Assembly: GCA_038324015.1 (NCBI GenBank)
Contig: JBBQHN010000001.1
Location: 1 to 59,798 of the forward strand
Direction: 5' to 3'
Origin: Candidatus Limnocylindria bacterium
Lineage (GTDB): Bacteria > Chloroflexota > Limnocylindria > P2-11E
DNA length: 59,798 nucleotides
Made by a program: the position numbers and the translations under genes. The notes beneath the pieces were generated by a model that was given only the letters and a program-made list of their open reading frames with translations, searched no databases and had not been told where the DNA came from. Numbering within the stretch: position 1 is the stretch's first letter; every line of letters begins with the position of its first letter. Of this stretch, positions 10,029 through 18,643 are shown piece after piece.

Positions 10029-10468
10029 CTGCTCTTCTCCAGCTTCTCGATCTGCTTCCGTCTGCGCTCGTGACGTCCGCCCTGCACTTCGGCGGCGAGG
10101 TACGCGTCGACGATGGCCTTCGCGATCTCGATGCCGATGACCCGCTCCCCCAACGTGAGCAGGTTGAGGTCGATGTGCTCGACCGCGTCCCGCGCGGACC
10201 ACTCGTGATCGACGACCGCGGCGCGAACTCCGGGGATCTTGTTCGCCGCGACAGCGGGCCCGATGCCCGAGCCGCAGCAGAAGATGGCACGGGTGTAGCG
10301 ACCGGCCGCGACCGCGCGCGCCAGCGGCTCGACGATGAGCGGGTAGTCGTCCTCCGGGTCGTTCTCGGGCGACAGGTCGTCCACCTCATGACCTTTGAGC
10401 CGGAGGTGATGCGCGAGCTGATCCCGCAGGTCCACGCCGGCGTGATCGGCCGCGATGCCGATCCTCAC
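10025..10468 (-). CDS. rpiB: ribose-5-phosphate isomerase B
   Basis: [11 protein letters not shown]...[17 protein letters not shown]...RAAVV is the RpiB/LacAB signature. There is a GTGA overlap with the tsaC stop. Confidence 0.9.
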   Translation of the reverse strand: MRIGIAADHAGVDLRDQLAHHLRLKGHEVDDLSPENDPEDDYPLIVEPLARAVAAGRYTRAIFCCGSGIGPAVAANKIPGVRAAVVDHEWSARDAVEHIDLNLLTLGERVIGIEIAKAIVDAYLAAEVQGGRHERRRKQIEKLEKSR

Positions 10469-11067
10469 GAATACGTCTCGACGCCGAGCAGTGCCTCTTC
10501 GAGCTGCGCCCGCGTGATCGAGCCCTCGCGCAGGATGGTGATCTGATCCGTCGTGCAGTCGACGATCGTGGAGGGGATGGTCCCTGCGGTCGTTCCCCCA
10601 TCGAGGACGATCGCGACGCGACCGTCGAGCTGCTCGATCACGCGCTGCGCGGTCGTTGAGTCCGGCTGGCCCGAGCGGTTCGCGCTCGTCACCGGGAGGC
10701 CACCGCCGCTCGCAGCGATCAACCGGCGCGCGACGTCGTTCGCCGGGACGCGGAACGCGATCTTCCCACGGCGCGGCGCGACGAGCACGATCGTGAGCGG
10801 GCCCGGCCAGAACCGCGCGGCGAGCGCCCGTGCGGCGGGCGTGACCATCGCGCTCGCCTCGAGGTTGGTCGCGTCGGAGAGAAGGATCGGGATGCGCTTG
10901 TCCTTCGGCCGGTCCTTGGCCACATAGAGCTTGCGGAGATGGTCATGACCGGCGGCGAGGCCATACACGGTGTCCGTGGGGAATGCGACGAGCTCCCCGT
11001 TCTCGAGCGCGGTCGCGGCCTCTTCCACCGCCCCTGGCGCATCGGCCGGTAGGAGGCGGGTCTTCAT
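10465..11067 (-). CDS. tsaC: L-threonylcarbamoyladenylate synthase (TsaC/YwlC/Sua5 family)
   Basis: ...GELVAFPTDTVYGLAA...ILLSD...TSANRSG... motifs, in the conserved position after prmC. Confidence 0.85.
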   Translation of the reverse strand: MKTRLLPADAPGAVEEAATALENGELVAFPTDTVYGLAAGHDHLRKLYVAKDRPKDKRIPILLSDATNLEASAMVTPAARALAARFWPGPLTIVLVAPRRGKIAFRVPANDVARRLIAASGGGLPVTSANRSGQPDSTTAQRVIEQLDGRVAIVLDGGTTAGTIPSTIVDCTTDQITILREGSITRAQLEEALLGVETYS

Positions 11068-11404
11068 CCGTCGATGATAGGCGGGGCCAGGCGGACACCG
11101 TCACGGGCGGCTCGAACGGCTTCCAGAGCCTCGACGTCACGCTGAGATCCGCGGAGCGGCGGTTGCACGCGATCGGGGTGTCATGGAGCACCGCGAGGCG
11201 GAGCAGGGCCCGGGCGTCCGCTTCGTGCGCGTGCGAGACGAGCGGGTCCCAGAAGAAGACGACGAGATCGAGCTCCCGCTTCGCGAGCGACGCGGTGTCC
11301 CGTGTGCCACAGAGATCGGCGTCGCGGAGAAGCGCCTTGTTCCACGCCGCCCACTCGACCAGGTCCTGCTTCCGCCCGTCATGCGCGATCAGTGCAATGC
11401 GCAG
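10943..11404 (-). pseudogene. degenerate methylglyoxal synthase-like gene (in-frame loss of the catalytic loop)
   Basis: (L)RIALIAHDGRKQDLVEW...LCGT...LDLVVFFWDPLVSHAHEADARALLRLAVLHDTPIACN aligns with MgsA (MKIALIAHD ... FxxDPL ... ALxRL ... IPxAxN). About 27 residues including the GPxGGDxQ loop are missing. There is no ATG/GTG/TTG after the prmC stop (only CTG 11404). The frame runs 125 nt into tsaC before a stop. Confidence 0.5.
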
Positions 11405-11427
11405 TCGTGCGACCGCGACGAGTCCCG

Positions 11428-12261
11428 CTACCGTCGCAGCCGGACGACCCGCTCCAGCCCGGCGAGATCGCGCAGCACGTCCACCATACCGAGCGGTTCG
11501 AGGAGCGCCCGCATCGCGCCGACCTGAGGCGGATCGCACTCGAAGAACGCCGCACCGTCGGGCGACAGCACCCGCGCCAGATCCGCGATCGCGCGGCGCA
11601 CGAGTGCGAGGCCGTCGGGACCGGCCACCGTCGCGAGTCGGGGCTCGTGGGCAAGCGACGCGCGATCGCCGGTCAGGTCCTCGAGATCGTCGTCCCGCAG
11701 GTAGGGAAGGTTGGCCGCGACGACATCGACCGTCTCGGCGATCGGCGCGAGCAGGTCGCCGATGCGAAGCTCGACCAAAGCGCCGTTCGCGGTCGCATTC
11801 GTCTGCGCAACGGCGAGCGCGTCGCGCGATACATCGGTCGCGATGAGCCGCAGCTGCGGCTCGCGCACCGCGAGCGCGATCGCGATCGCGCCGCACCCGG
11901 TGCCGACGTCCACGACGGTCAGCGCGCGGCCGGCGACGTGCTCGCGGACGGCATCGACCAGGATCTCGGTCTCCGGTCGCGGCACCAGCACGCGCTCGTC
12001 GACGGCGAAGCGCAAGCCGTAGAACTCTTTGAAGCCGCGTAGATAGGCGACCGGGATGCCGGCCGAACGCCGCTCCACGAGCGCTTCGATCCGCTCCGAC
12101 TCCATGGCGGTGAGCTCGACCTCCGGATGCGCGACGAGCGTCTCCTTCGACACCTTGAGCACGTCCGCAAGCAGCACATCCGCATCGAGGGCGGGCGCGG
12201 AAGCGCCCGCGGAGCGCAGGCGCTCCGTCGCGCGCGATCGGGCCTCGCCGCGGCTTGTCAT
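11428..12261 (-). CDS. prmC: peptide chain release factor N5-glutamine methyltransferase
   Basis: VLVPRPETE...VVDVGTGCGAIAIALA...DVVAANLPYL (SAM motif I plus an NPPY-type motif). Confidence 0.9.
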   Translation of the reverse strand: MTSRGEARSRATERLRSAGASAPALDADVLLADVLKVSKETLVAHPEVELTAMESERIEALVERRSAGIPVAYLRGFKEFYGLRFAVDERVLVPRPETEILVDAVREHVAGRALTVVDVGTGCGAIAIALAVREPQLRLIATDVSRDALAVAQTNATANGALVELRIGDLLAPIAETVDVVAANLPYLRDDDLEDLTGDRASLAHEPRLATVAGPDGLALVRRAIADLARVLSPDGAAFFECDPPQVGAMRALLEPLGMVDVLRDLAGLERVVRLRR

Positions 12262-12282
12262 GTTGGAAGTATCGTCGCGGCG

Positions 12283-13257
12283 ATGGTCGACCTCGACGAT
12301 GTCATTGCCGCGCGCGCTGTCGTCGATCGTTACCTCCCCCGGGCGCCCATCGAGCGCTCCCCCTATCTATCGCAGCTGCTCGGCGCCGAGATCCTCCTCA
12401 AGATCGAGACCTTCAAGCCCACGCGCACGTTCAAGGTGCGCGGCGCGCTCAATAAGATCGCGTCGCTCGACGACGACGCCCGTGCCCGTGGGGTCGTCGC
12501 AGCATCGGCGGGAAGCCACGCGCGGGGCGTGTCGTACGCGGCGTGGCGGCTCGGCGCGCCGGCGACCGTCGTCATGCCCAACGGCGTGTCCGAGACGACC
12601 GTCGAGGTGTGCCGCGCGTACGGCGCTTTGGTGCTCCTGTCGGGTGAGCTTTACGACGACACGCTCGCGCTCGCGCACGAGATCGAGCGCATGCAGGGCA
12701 AGACGTTCGTACACCCGTACGCCGACCCGCTCATCGTGGCCGGTCAGGGCACGATCGGGCTCGAGATCTTCGACGAGGTGCCCGACGTCGACACGGTCCT
12801 GGTGGGCGTCGGCGGCGGCGGTCTCCTCGCGGGCGCCGCGCTCGCGTTGAAGGAGCGTCTGCCGTCGGTCCGGATGATCGGCGTCGAACCGGAAGGCGCC
12901 GATGCCGTCCGCCGTTCCCGCGAGGCGGGACGGCCCGTCGTGCTCGACCACCCGCACAGCGTCGCCGACAAGCTTGTCGCCAAGAGCACGAGCCAGCTCA
13001 ACGTCGATCTCATCAGGAAGTACGTGGACGACGTGGTCACCGTGACCGATGCAGCCATCGAGTCGGCCACGTACGACTACCTCGAGCACCTGTCGCTCCT
13101 CGTCGAGCCGTCAGGGGCGGCCACGCTCGCCGCCGTGTGCTCCGGCGTGGTGACGCCGCGCGGACGAACGGTGCTCGTTGTCAGTGGCGGCAACGCGTCG
13201 CCCGCGGTGCTCTCGCGGATCATCGCCGAGCACACCCAGAAGGCCAGGCTCGCGTAA
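12283..13257 (+). CDS. PLP-dependent threonine/serine ammonia-lyase (short form, no regulatory domain)
   Basis: ...LKIETFKPTRTFKVRGALNK (PLP-Lys motif), ...VGVGGGGLLAG... (Gly-rich phosphate loop). ATG 12283; the upstream part of track ORF 12127.. overlaps prmC antisense. Confidence 0.8.
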   Translation: MVDLDDVIAARAVVDRYLPRAPIERSPYLSQLLGAEILLKIETFKPTRTFKVRGALNKIASLDDDARARGVVAASAGSHARGVSYAAWRLGAPATVVMPNGVSETTVEVCRAYGALVLLSGELYDDTLALAHEIERMQGKTFVHPYADPLIVAGQGTIGLEIFDEVPDVDTVLVGVGGGGLLAGAALALKERLPSVRMIGVEPEGADAVRRSREAGRPVVLDHPHSVADKLVAKSTSQLNVDLIRKYVDDVVTVTDAAIESATYDYLEHLSLLVEPSGAATLAAVCSGVVTPRGRTVLVVSGGNASPAVLSRIIAEHTQKARLA

Positions 13258-13329
13258 GCGGCGCGGCGGACTAAACTCGGCGTCTTCTAGGGGAGGAGCG
13301 ACATCTCTATTCTCACGCTGCCTCGCACC

Positions 13330-14730
13330 ATGACCATCACCGAGAAGGCGGCCGACCGCGCACTTCGCACCGCGCTCTCGCGCGGCGGCGAGTGGGCCGA
13401 GCTCTTCTGGGAGCGCCACAACGTGGTGACGCTGACGCTCGACGACAACAAGCTCGAGGACGCCATCACCGGCGTCGATCAGGGCGCCGGGATCCGCGTG
13501 ACCGCAGGTGATCGGGGCGTCTACGCCAACGGGAACGTGAACGACGGCGACGACCTGCTCGCGATCGCCGGCCGCGCCGCCGCCGCCATCGCCGACGACG
13601 GCGGCACGCGCGAGGTCACTGCGATCTCCGCCGACACGCTACCGCGCCCTTCGATCGTCACGATCGATCCGCGGACCGTGGCGATCGAGCGCAAGGTCGA
13701 GCTCATGAAGCTCGCCAACCGGGAGGCACGGGCCTTCGACCCCCGCGTCCATCAGGTCACGGTGCTGTACCGGGAGAGCGCGCAGGACGTGGTCGTCGCG
13801 AACAGCGAGGGCCGCTTCCGGACGGACACGCGCACCCGTCTCGTGTTCGGTGTGCTCGTTACGGCCAAGCAGGGCGAGGTCCTCGAATCCGGGTACAAGG
13901 CCGAGGCCGGCACCGAGGGTTTCGAAATGCTCACCGAAGAGGCGGTCCTCGAGACCGCGCGCACCGCTGCGCGGCTCGCGGTCCAAAATGTCGCCGCCGA
14001 GCCCGCGCCGGCAGGCACGTACACGGTCGTGCTCTCGAGCGACGCCGGCGGGACGCTGATCCACGAGTCGGTCGGCCACGGGCTCGAAGCGGACCTGAAT
14101 CTCAAGGGGATGTCGGTGTACTCAGGACGCCTCGGGGAGAAGGTCGCGAGCGAGCTCATCACGGTGCTCGACGATGGGACCGACCCCGGCAAGCGGGGCA
14201 CCGCGGCGATGGATGACGAGGGCACCCAGACGCATCGCACGGTGCTCATCGACAAGGGGATCCTGAAGACGTACCTCAGCGACAAGAAGCACGCGAAGAA
14301 GCTCGGGATCGCGGAGAGCGGGAACGGGCGGCGCGAGTCGTTCCGCCACCTGCCGATCTGCCGGATGACGACCACGATGATCGCGCGCGGGACGTCCGAT
14401 CCGGCGGAGATCCTCGCGTCGGTCACGGATGGGATCTTCGTGAAGGGCATGGGCGGCGGCCAGGTGGACGTGGTGAGTGGCAACTTCGCCTTCGAGATCA
14501 CCGAGTGCTACCGGATCCGCGACGGCAGGCAGGCCGAGCCGCTCCGCGGCGCGACGCTCGTCGGGCAGGGGCCGAAGCTCATGAGCGAGATCGACATGGT
14601 CGGCTGGGACCTCGGCTACTCCGTCGGCACCTGCGGCAAGGACGGCCAAGGCGCGCCGGTCGCCGATGCGCAGCCCACACTCCGCATCCCGAGCGTCGTC
14701 GTGGGCGGCAAGGTCGCACAACCTTCATGA
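13330..14730 (+). CDS. tldD: TldD family metalloprotease
   Basis: 466 aa with HESVGHGLE (HExxxH) and ...GNGRRESFRHLPICRMTTT... An alternative in-frame ATC at 13303 sits 6 nt after GGGAGGAG (see findings). Confidence 0.9.
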   Translation: MTITEKAADRALRTALSRGGEWAELFWERHNVVTLTLDDNKLEDAITGVDQGAGIRVTAGDRGVYANGNVNDGDDLLAIAGRAAAAIADDGGTREVTAISADTLPRPSIVTIDPRTVAIERKVELMKLANREARAFDPRVHQVTVLYRESAQDVVVANSEGRFRTDTRTRLVFGVLVTAKQGEVLESGYKAEAGTEGFEMLTEEAVLETARTAARLAVQNVAAEPAPAGTYTVVLSSDAGGTLIHESVGHGLEADLNLKGMSVYSGRLGEKVASELITVLDDGTDPGKRGTAAMDDEGTQTHRTVLIDKGILKTYLSDKKHAKKLGIAESGNGRRESFRHLPICRMTTTMIARGTSDPAEILASVTDGIFVKGMGGGQVDVVSGNFAFEITECYRIRDGRQAEPLRGATLVGQGPKLMSEIDMVGWDLGYSVGTCGKDGQGAPVADAQPTLRIPSVVVGGKVAQPS

Positions 14731-16079
14731 GCGAAAAGCTCACGAACGACGCCATCGTCGATCGGGCGATCGCGTCGATCAAGGGCCTGCGCGTCGATGG
14801 TGGCGAGGTCTTCCTGCGGGACGGCCAGTCCACGTCGGTCGAGGTCCGCGACGGCGCCGTCGAGAACGCCATCACGCGAGGCGAGCGTGGCATCGGCGTC
14901 CGCGTCCTCCGCGGCGGACACGTCGGGTTCGCCTACACGAGCGACCTCTCCGCGGCCGGCATCGAAGAGTGCGTGACGTCGGCCCGGGACATCGCATCGG
15001 TCACCGAACCCGATCCTGACGTCTCTATCGCGACGAAGAAGATCGATAGCCCCGACCTCGAGCTCTACGAAGCAGGCATCGACGACCGATCCGTCGCGCA
15101 ACGGACCGTCGTCGCGCTCGCGGTCGAGCTCGCGGCGAAGGGCGTGGACAAGCGGATCAGCGGATTCCGGAAGACGACGTACAGCGACGGGTCGCTCACC
15201 ACGACCGTCGCGACGACAGCCGACGTGCGCGGCTCGTACCGCGAGACGTATTTCAGCGTCGGTACGTCGGCCGTCGCGACCGACGGCGACGAGCGCCAGA
15301 TCGGCTATCACGGCGAGGCGAAGCGGCAGTTCAGGCTCGTGGATCCGGACGCTGTCGGCCGCGTCGCCGCTCTGCGCGCGGTCGGAAAGCTCGGCGCGAA
15401 GCCGTTCAAGACCCAGAAGCTCCCGATCGTGCTCGATCCGTTCATGGGCATGTCGCTCCTGGGCGCGATCATCCCGCTCTTCTCCGCGGACGCGGTGATC
15501 AAGGGCAAGAGCCTGTTCGCCGGGAAGACCGGTACGGTCATCGCGAGCGATCAGGTGACGATCGTCGACGACGCGCGAACGCCTGGCGCGCTGCGTACCG
15601 CGCCGTTCGACGGCGAGGGTGTCACGACGACGACGCAGACGCTCGTCGACGGTGGTGTGCTGCGCGGCTACCTCTCGTCGCTCAAGACCTCGAAGAAGAT
15701 GGGGCAAGCGCCGACGGGCAACGCACGGCGCGGCTCGTATGCCGCTCCGAGCCGCATCGGCGCGGCGAACTTCCACCTGGCGGCCGGCGCGATGGGACCG
15801 GACGAGCTGGTGCACGGCCTCGACCGGTCGCTGCGGATCACCTCGCTGCTGAACCTCCACACCATCGACCCGATCTCGGGCGAGTTCTCGCTCGGCGCGA
15901 CGGGCGATTATCTCGAGCGGGGCGAGCGGCTCTATCCGGTCCAGGGCATCACGATCGCCGGGAACCTCACGACCCTCCTGTCATCGATCACCGGTGTCGC
16001 GAACGACCTGGTGTTCGGCTCATCGGGTATCGGCAGCCCGACGTTCGTCATCTCCGAGCTGTCCATCGGTGGGGCGTAG
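14727..16079 (+). CDS. pmbA: PmbA/TldE family metalloprotease partner
   Basis: MSEKLTNDAIVDRAI... with a PmbA_TldD fold throughout. ATGA overlap with the tldD stop. The upstream 74 aa of track ORF 14505.. are shadow. Confidence 0.85.
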   Translation: MSEKLTNDAIVDRAIASIKGLRVDGGEVFLRDGQSTSVEVRDGAVENAITRGERGIGVRVLRGGHVGFAYTSDLSAAGIEECVTSARDIASVTEPDPDVSIATKKIDSPDLELYEAGIDDRSVAQRTVVALAVELAAKGVDKRISGFRKTTYSDGSLTTTVATTADVRGSYRETYFSVGTSAVATDGDERQIGYHGEAKRQFRLVDPDAVGRVAALRAVGKLGAKPFKTQKLPIVLDPFMGMSLLGAIIPLFSADAVIKGKSLFAGKTGTVIASDQVTIVDDARTPGALRTAPFDGEGVTTTTQTLVDGGVLRGYLSSLKTSKKMGQAPTGNARRGSYAAPSRIGAANFHLAAGAMGPDELVHGLDRSLRITSLLNLHTIDPISGEFSLGATGDYLERGERLYPVQGITIAGNLTTLLSSITGVANDLVFGSSGIGSPTFVISELSIGGA

Positions 16080-16088
16080 GCCGGTGCC

Positions 16089-17054
16089 CTGACCAAGCTA
16101 CTGCGCGACATCGGACCGCTCCGCTTCGGCGAAGGCCACGAGTGCAGCTTTCCCGCGGCGCTCTCCGTCGCGACGAAGACGGAGTACGACTGGCTGATGG
16201 GCTGCTCGGGCGCCGCCTTCGATGTCACGATCGACCTCGCGGGCTTCGATCCGCTCGCGGCGACGCCGCGCGATCCCGGGACGCTCGCGATGGCGGCGCA
16301 TGCCGCAGGCGTGCGGCTCGACGATGTCCCGCCGCCATACGACGACGACATGCGCGAGCTTGTTGGCTCCAGGATCCGCGAGGCCATCGACGGCAAGCTG
16401 CCGCCGCTCATCCGCGGCGCGGTGGGACCACCCGAGTTCGGCCTCATCGTCGGCTATACCGATCCGGACCGGTTCCTCGTGCGGACATTCTTCGACAGGA
16501 GCGACAAGCCGAGCGAGATCGGCTGGCCGGACTTCGTCGACGCCGAACACGGCGGGCCGATCTTTCTGGATCTCGAACAGCTGGGGCAACGGGACCGTTC
16601 GGGCAGCGCTGAGCGGTCGACGGTGGCGAAGGCCGGGCTCGACGCCGGCCTCGGACGCGCAGCCGCGTCGGACGCCGCGCTGACCGGTTGGGCCGCAGCC
16701 ATCCGCGATGACGCACGCTGGGCGGATGCGAAGCACGCGGGGGCCGCAGCGTTCGCGGACCATGCGATGCGAATCGTGCTCACCGACAAGCGACGCGCCG
16801 CGGGCCGCTTCCTCCGTGGCCTCCGATCGCTCTTCTCGACGCCCGGCGGCGACCTGCTGCGCGCGGCCGAGTCGTATGGCTATGTGGTCGATGCCCTCGA
16901 CAAGCTCGGTACGAAGCCATTTGACCCGTCGGTCGCGATGCGCTTCATCGACCCGGGCCACCGGCGCGGCATCGCGAAGGCGCTCGACGCGGTGCTCGGT
17001 CACGAACGAGAGGCCCACGACGCGCTCCGTGCCGCCCGTGCGACCATCAGATAA
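16089..17054 (+). CDS. hypothetical protein; N-terminus weakly resembles papain-like BtrH_N/DUF4872 proteins
   Basis: The track ORF starts at ATG 16197. The 117 nt between the pmbA TAG (16077-16079) and that ATG are in frame, stop-free, GC3-rich and encode LTKLLRDIGPLRFGEGHECSFPAALSVATKTEYDWL. No ATG/GTG/TTG is available; CTG at 16089 or 16101 is the candidate start. TAATG overlap with uppP downstream. Confidence 0.5.
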   Translation: MTKLLRDIGPLRFGEGHECSFPAALSVATKTEYDWLMGCSGAAFDVTIDLAGFDPLAATPRDPGTLAMAAHAAGVRLDDVPPPYDDDMRELVGSRIREAIDGKLPPLIRGAVGPPEFGLIVGYTDPDRFLVRTFFDRSDKPSEIGWPDFVDAEHGGPIFLDLEQLGQRDRSGSAERSTVAKAGLDAGLGRAAASDAALTGWAAAIRDDARWADAKHAGAAAFADHAMRIVLTDKRRAAGRFLRGLRSLFSTPGGDLLRAAESYGYVVDALDKLGTKPFDPSVAMRFIDPGHRRGIAKALDAVLGHEREAHDALRAARATIR

Positions 17055-17854
17055 TGAGTGACCAGCTTGCGGCCCTGATCCTGGGTCTCGTCCAGGGGCT
17101 GACGGAGTTCCTACCGGTCAGCTCGACCGCGCACCTCATCCTCGTCTCCGACGTCCTCAAGCTCGACCCCGAGAAGTTCGGCCTGACGTTCGACGTCGCG
17201 CTCCACATCGGGACGGCGCTCGCCGTGCTCCTCTATTTCGCCGGAACGTGGATCGGCCTCCTCATGGATGTGCTCCGCGGACGCTGGCGACTGCCACTCG
17301 TCGTGATCGTCGGCACCATCCCCGCGGCCATCGCCGGCGTGCTCTTCGAGTCGGCAGTCTCCACGAGCCTTCGCGGCGCCACGATCATCGCGATCGGCCT
17401 CCTCGTCGGATCCGCGATCTTCGCGCTCGCCGATCGGGCCGCGAGGCAACGCCGGACGCTTGATCGGCTGACGCTCGTGGACGCTGCCATCATCGGCGTG
17501 GCCCAGGCGATCGCGCTCATCCCCGGCATCTCCCGCTCCGGCATCACGATCTCCGCCGGCTTGTTCCGCGGTGTCGAGCGCGCGGACGCGACCCGATATG
17601 CGTTCCTGCTCGCGACACCAGTGATCCTCGGCGCGGGAGCGAAGACGCTGCTCGACGCACGGAAGCTCTCGGGACTGACCGCGCAGCTCGACGTCGTCGC
17701 GATCGGCTTCATCGTGTCATTCCTCTCCGGCCTCGCGGCGGTCGCATTCATGGTCCGATACCTGCGCAGTCATTCGCTCAACATCTTCGTCGCGTACCGT
17801 GTTGTCCTCGCGCTCGCCATCCTGGTCGCGGTCGCGATGGGAGTGCTCCACTAG
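17054..17854 (+). CDS. uppP: undecaprenyl-diphosphate phosphatase
   Basis: LVQGLTEFLPVSSTAHL ... PGISRSGITI are the BacA/UppP signatures, in a protein with 7-8 TM helices. Confidence 0.9.
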   Translation: MSDQLAALILGLVQGLTEFLPVSSTAHLILVSDVLKLDPEKFGLTFDVALHIGTALAVLLYFAGTWIGLLMDVLRGRWRLPLVVIVGTIPAAIAGVLFESAVSTSLRGATIIAIGLLVGSAIFALADRAARQRRTLDRLTLVDAAIIGVAQAIALIPGISRSGITISAGLFRGVERADATRYAFLLATPVILGAGAKTLLDARKLSGLTAQLDVVAIGFIVSFLSGLAAVAFMVRYLRSHSLNIFVAYRVVLALAILVAVAMGVLH

Positions 17855-18643
17855 ATGGACCTCGGGCTTGCGGGCAAGCGCGTCCTCGTCGCGGCGGCGA
17901 GCAAGGGGCTCGGCCGGGCGATCGCAGCCGAATTCGTCACCGAGGGGGCCCGCGTCGCGATCTGCTCGCGCGAGCGCGAGCGCATCGAACAGGTCGCGAA
18001 ACAGATCGGCGCAGAGAAAGGCATCGCGGCGGACGTGAGCACCGAGGCCGGCTGCAGGGCGTTCGTCGAGGGTGCGGTCCAGACGCTCGGCGGCATCGAC
18101 ATCCTCATCGTGAACGCGGGCGGCCCGAAGCCCGGGAAGTTCGCGGACCTCGACGACGCGGCATGGCAGAAGGCCTTCGAGCTCACGCTCCTTTCCGCGG
18201 TGCGGCTCACCCGGCTCGCGCTGCCCGAACTCCGGAAGTCGAAGGGCTCGATCGTGTTCTCCACCTCGACCTCCGTGCGGCAGCCGGGCGCGCCGGCCTA
18301 TGGGACCCTCATGCTCTCGAACGGGCTGCGGGCCGCGGTCCACGGGCTGCTCAAGACGCTCTCCACGGAGCTCGCGGCGGACGGGATCCGCGTGAACGCG
18401 ATCCAGCCGGGACGGATCTCGACCGAGCGGATCACCGAGCTCGACACCGACACCGCCACGCGCGAGGGCATCTCTATCGACAAGGTGAGAGAGCGCTTCG
18501 AGAAGGGCGGCATCCCGCTCGGGCGTTACGGTCGCCCGGACGAGTTCGCCGCGGCGGCGGTCTTCCTCGCCTCGCCGCGTGCGTCGTACATCACCGGGGT
18601 CAGCCTGCAGGTCGACGGCGGCATGCTCACGAGCATGTGGTGA
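17855..18643 (+). CDS. SDR family oxidoreductase
   Basis: LVAAASKGLGRAIA (TGxxxGxG-type Rossmann motif), ...NAGG..., and a C-terminal ...ASYITGVSLQVDGG. Confidence 0.85.
   Translation: MDLGLAGKRVLVAAASKGLGRAIAAEFVTEGARVAICSRERERIEQVAKQIGAEKGIAADVSTEAGCRAFVEGAVQTLGGIDILIVNAGGPKPGKFADLDDAAWQKAFELTLLSAVRLTRLALPELRKSKGSIVFSTSTSVRQPGAPAYGTLMLSNGLRAAVHGLLKTLSTELAADGIRVNAIQPGRISTERITELDTDTATREGISIDKVRERFEKGGIPLGRYGRPDEFAAAAVFLASPRASYITGVSLQVDGGMLTSMW

Noticed and set aside
16077-16079. TAG read-through producing a PmbA-X fusion (both genes share the frame)
   Set aside because: PmbA ends at its normal C-terminus (...ELSIGGA), and no recoding signals are evident. Near-cognate initiation downstream is more parsimonious, but experiment is needed.
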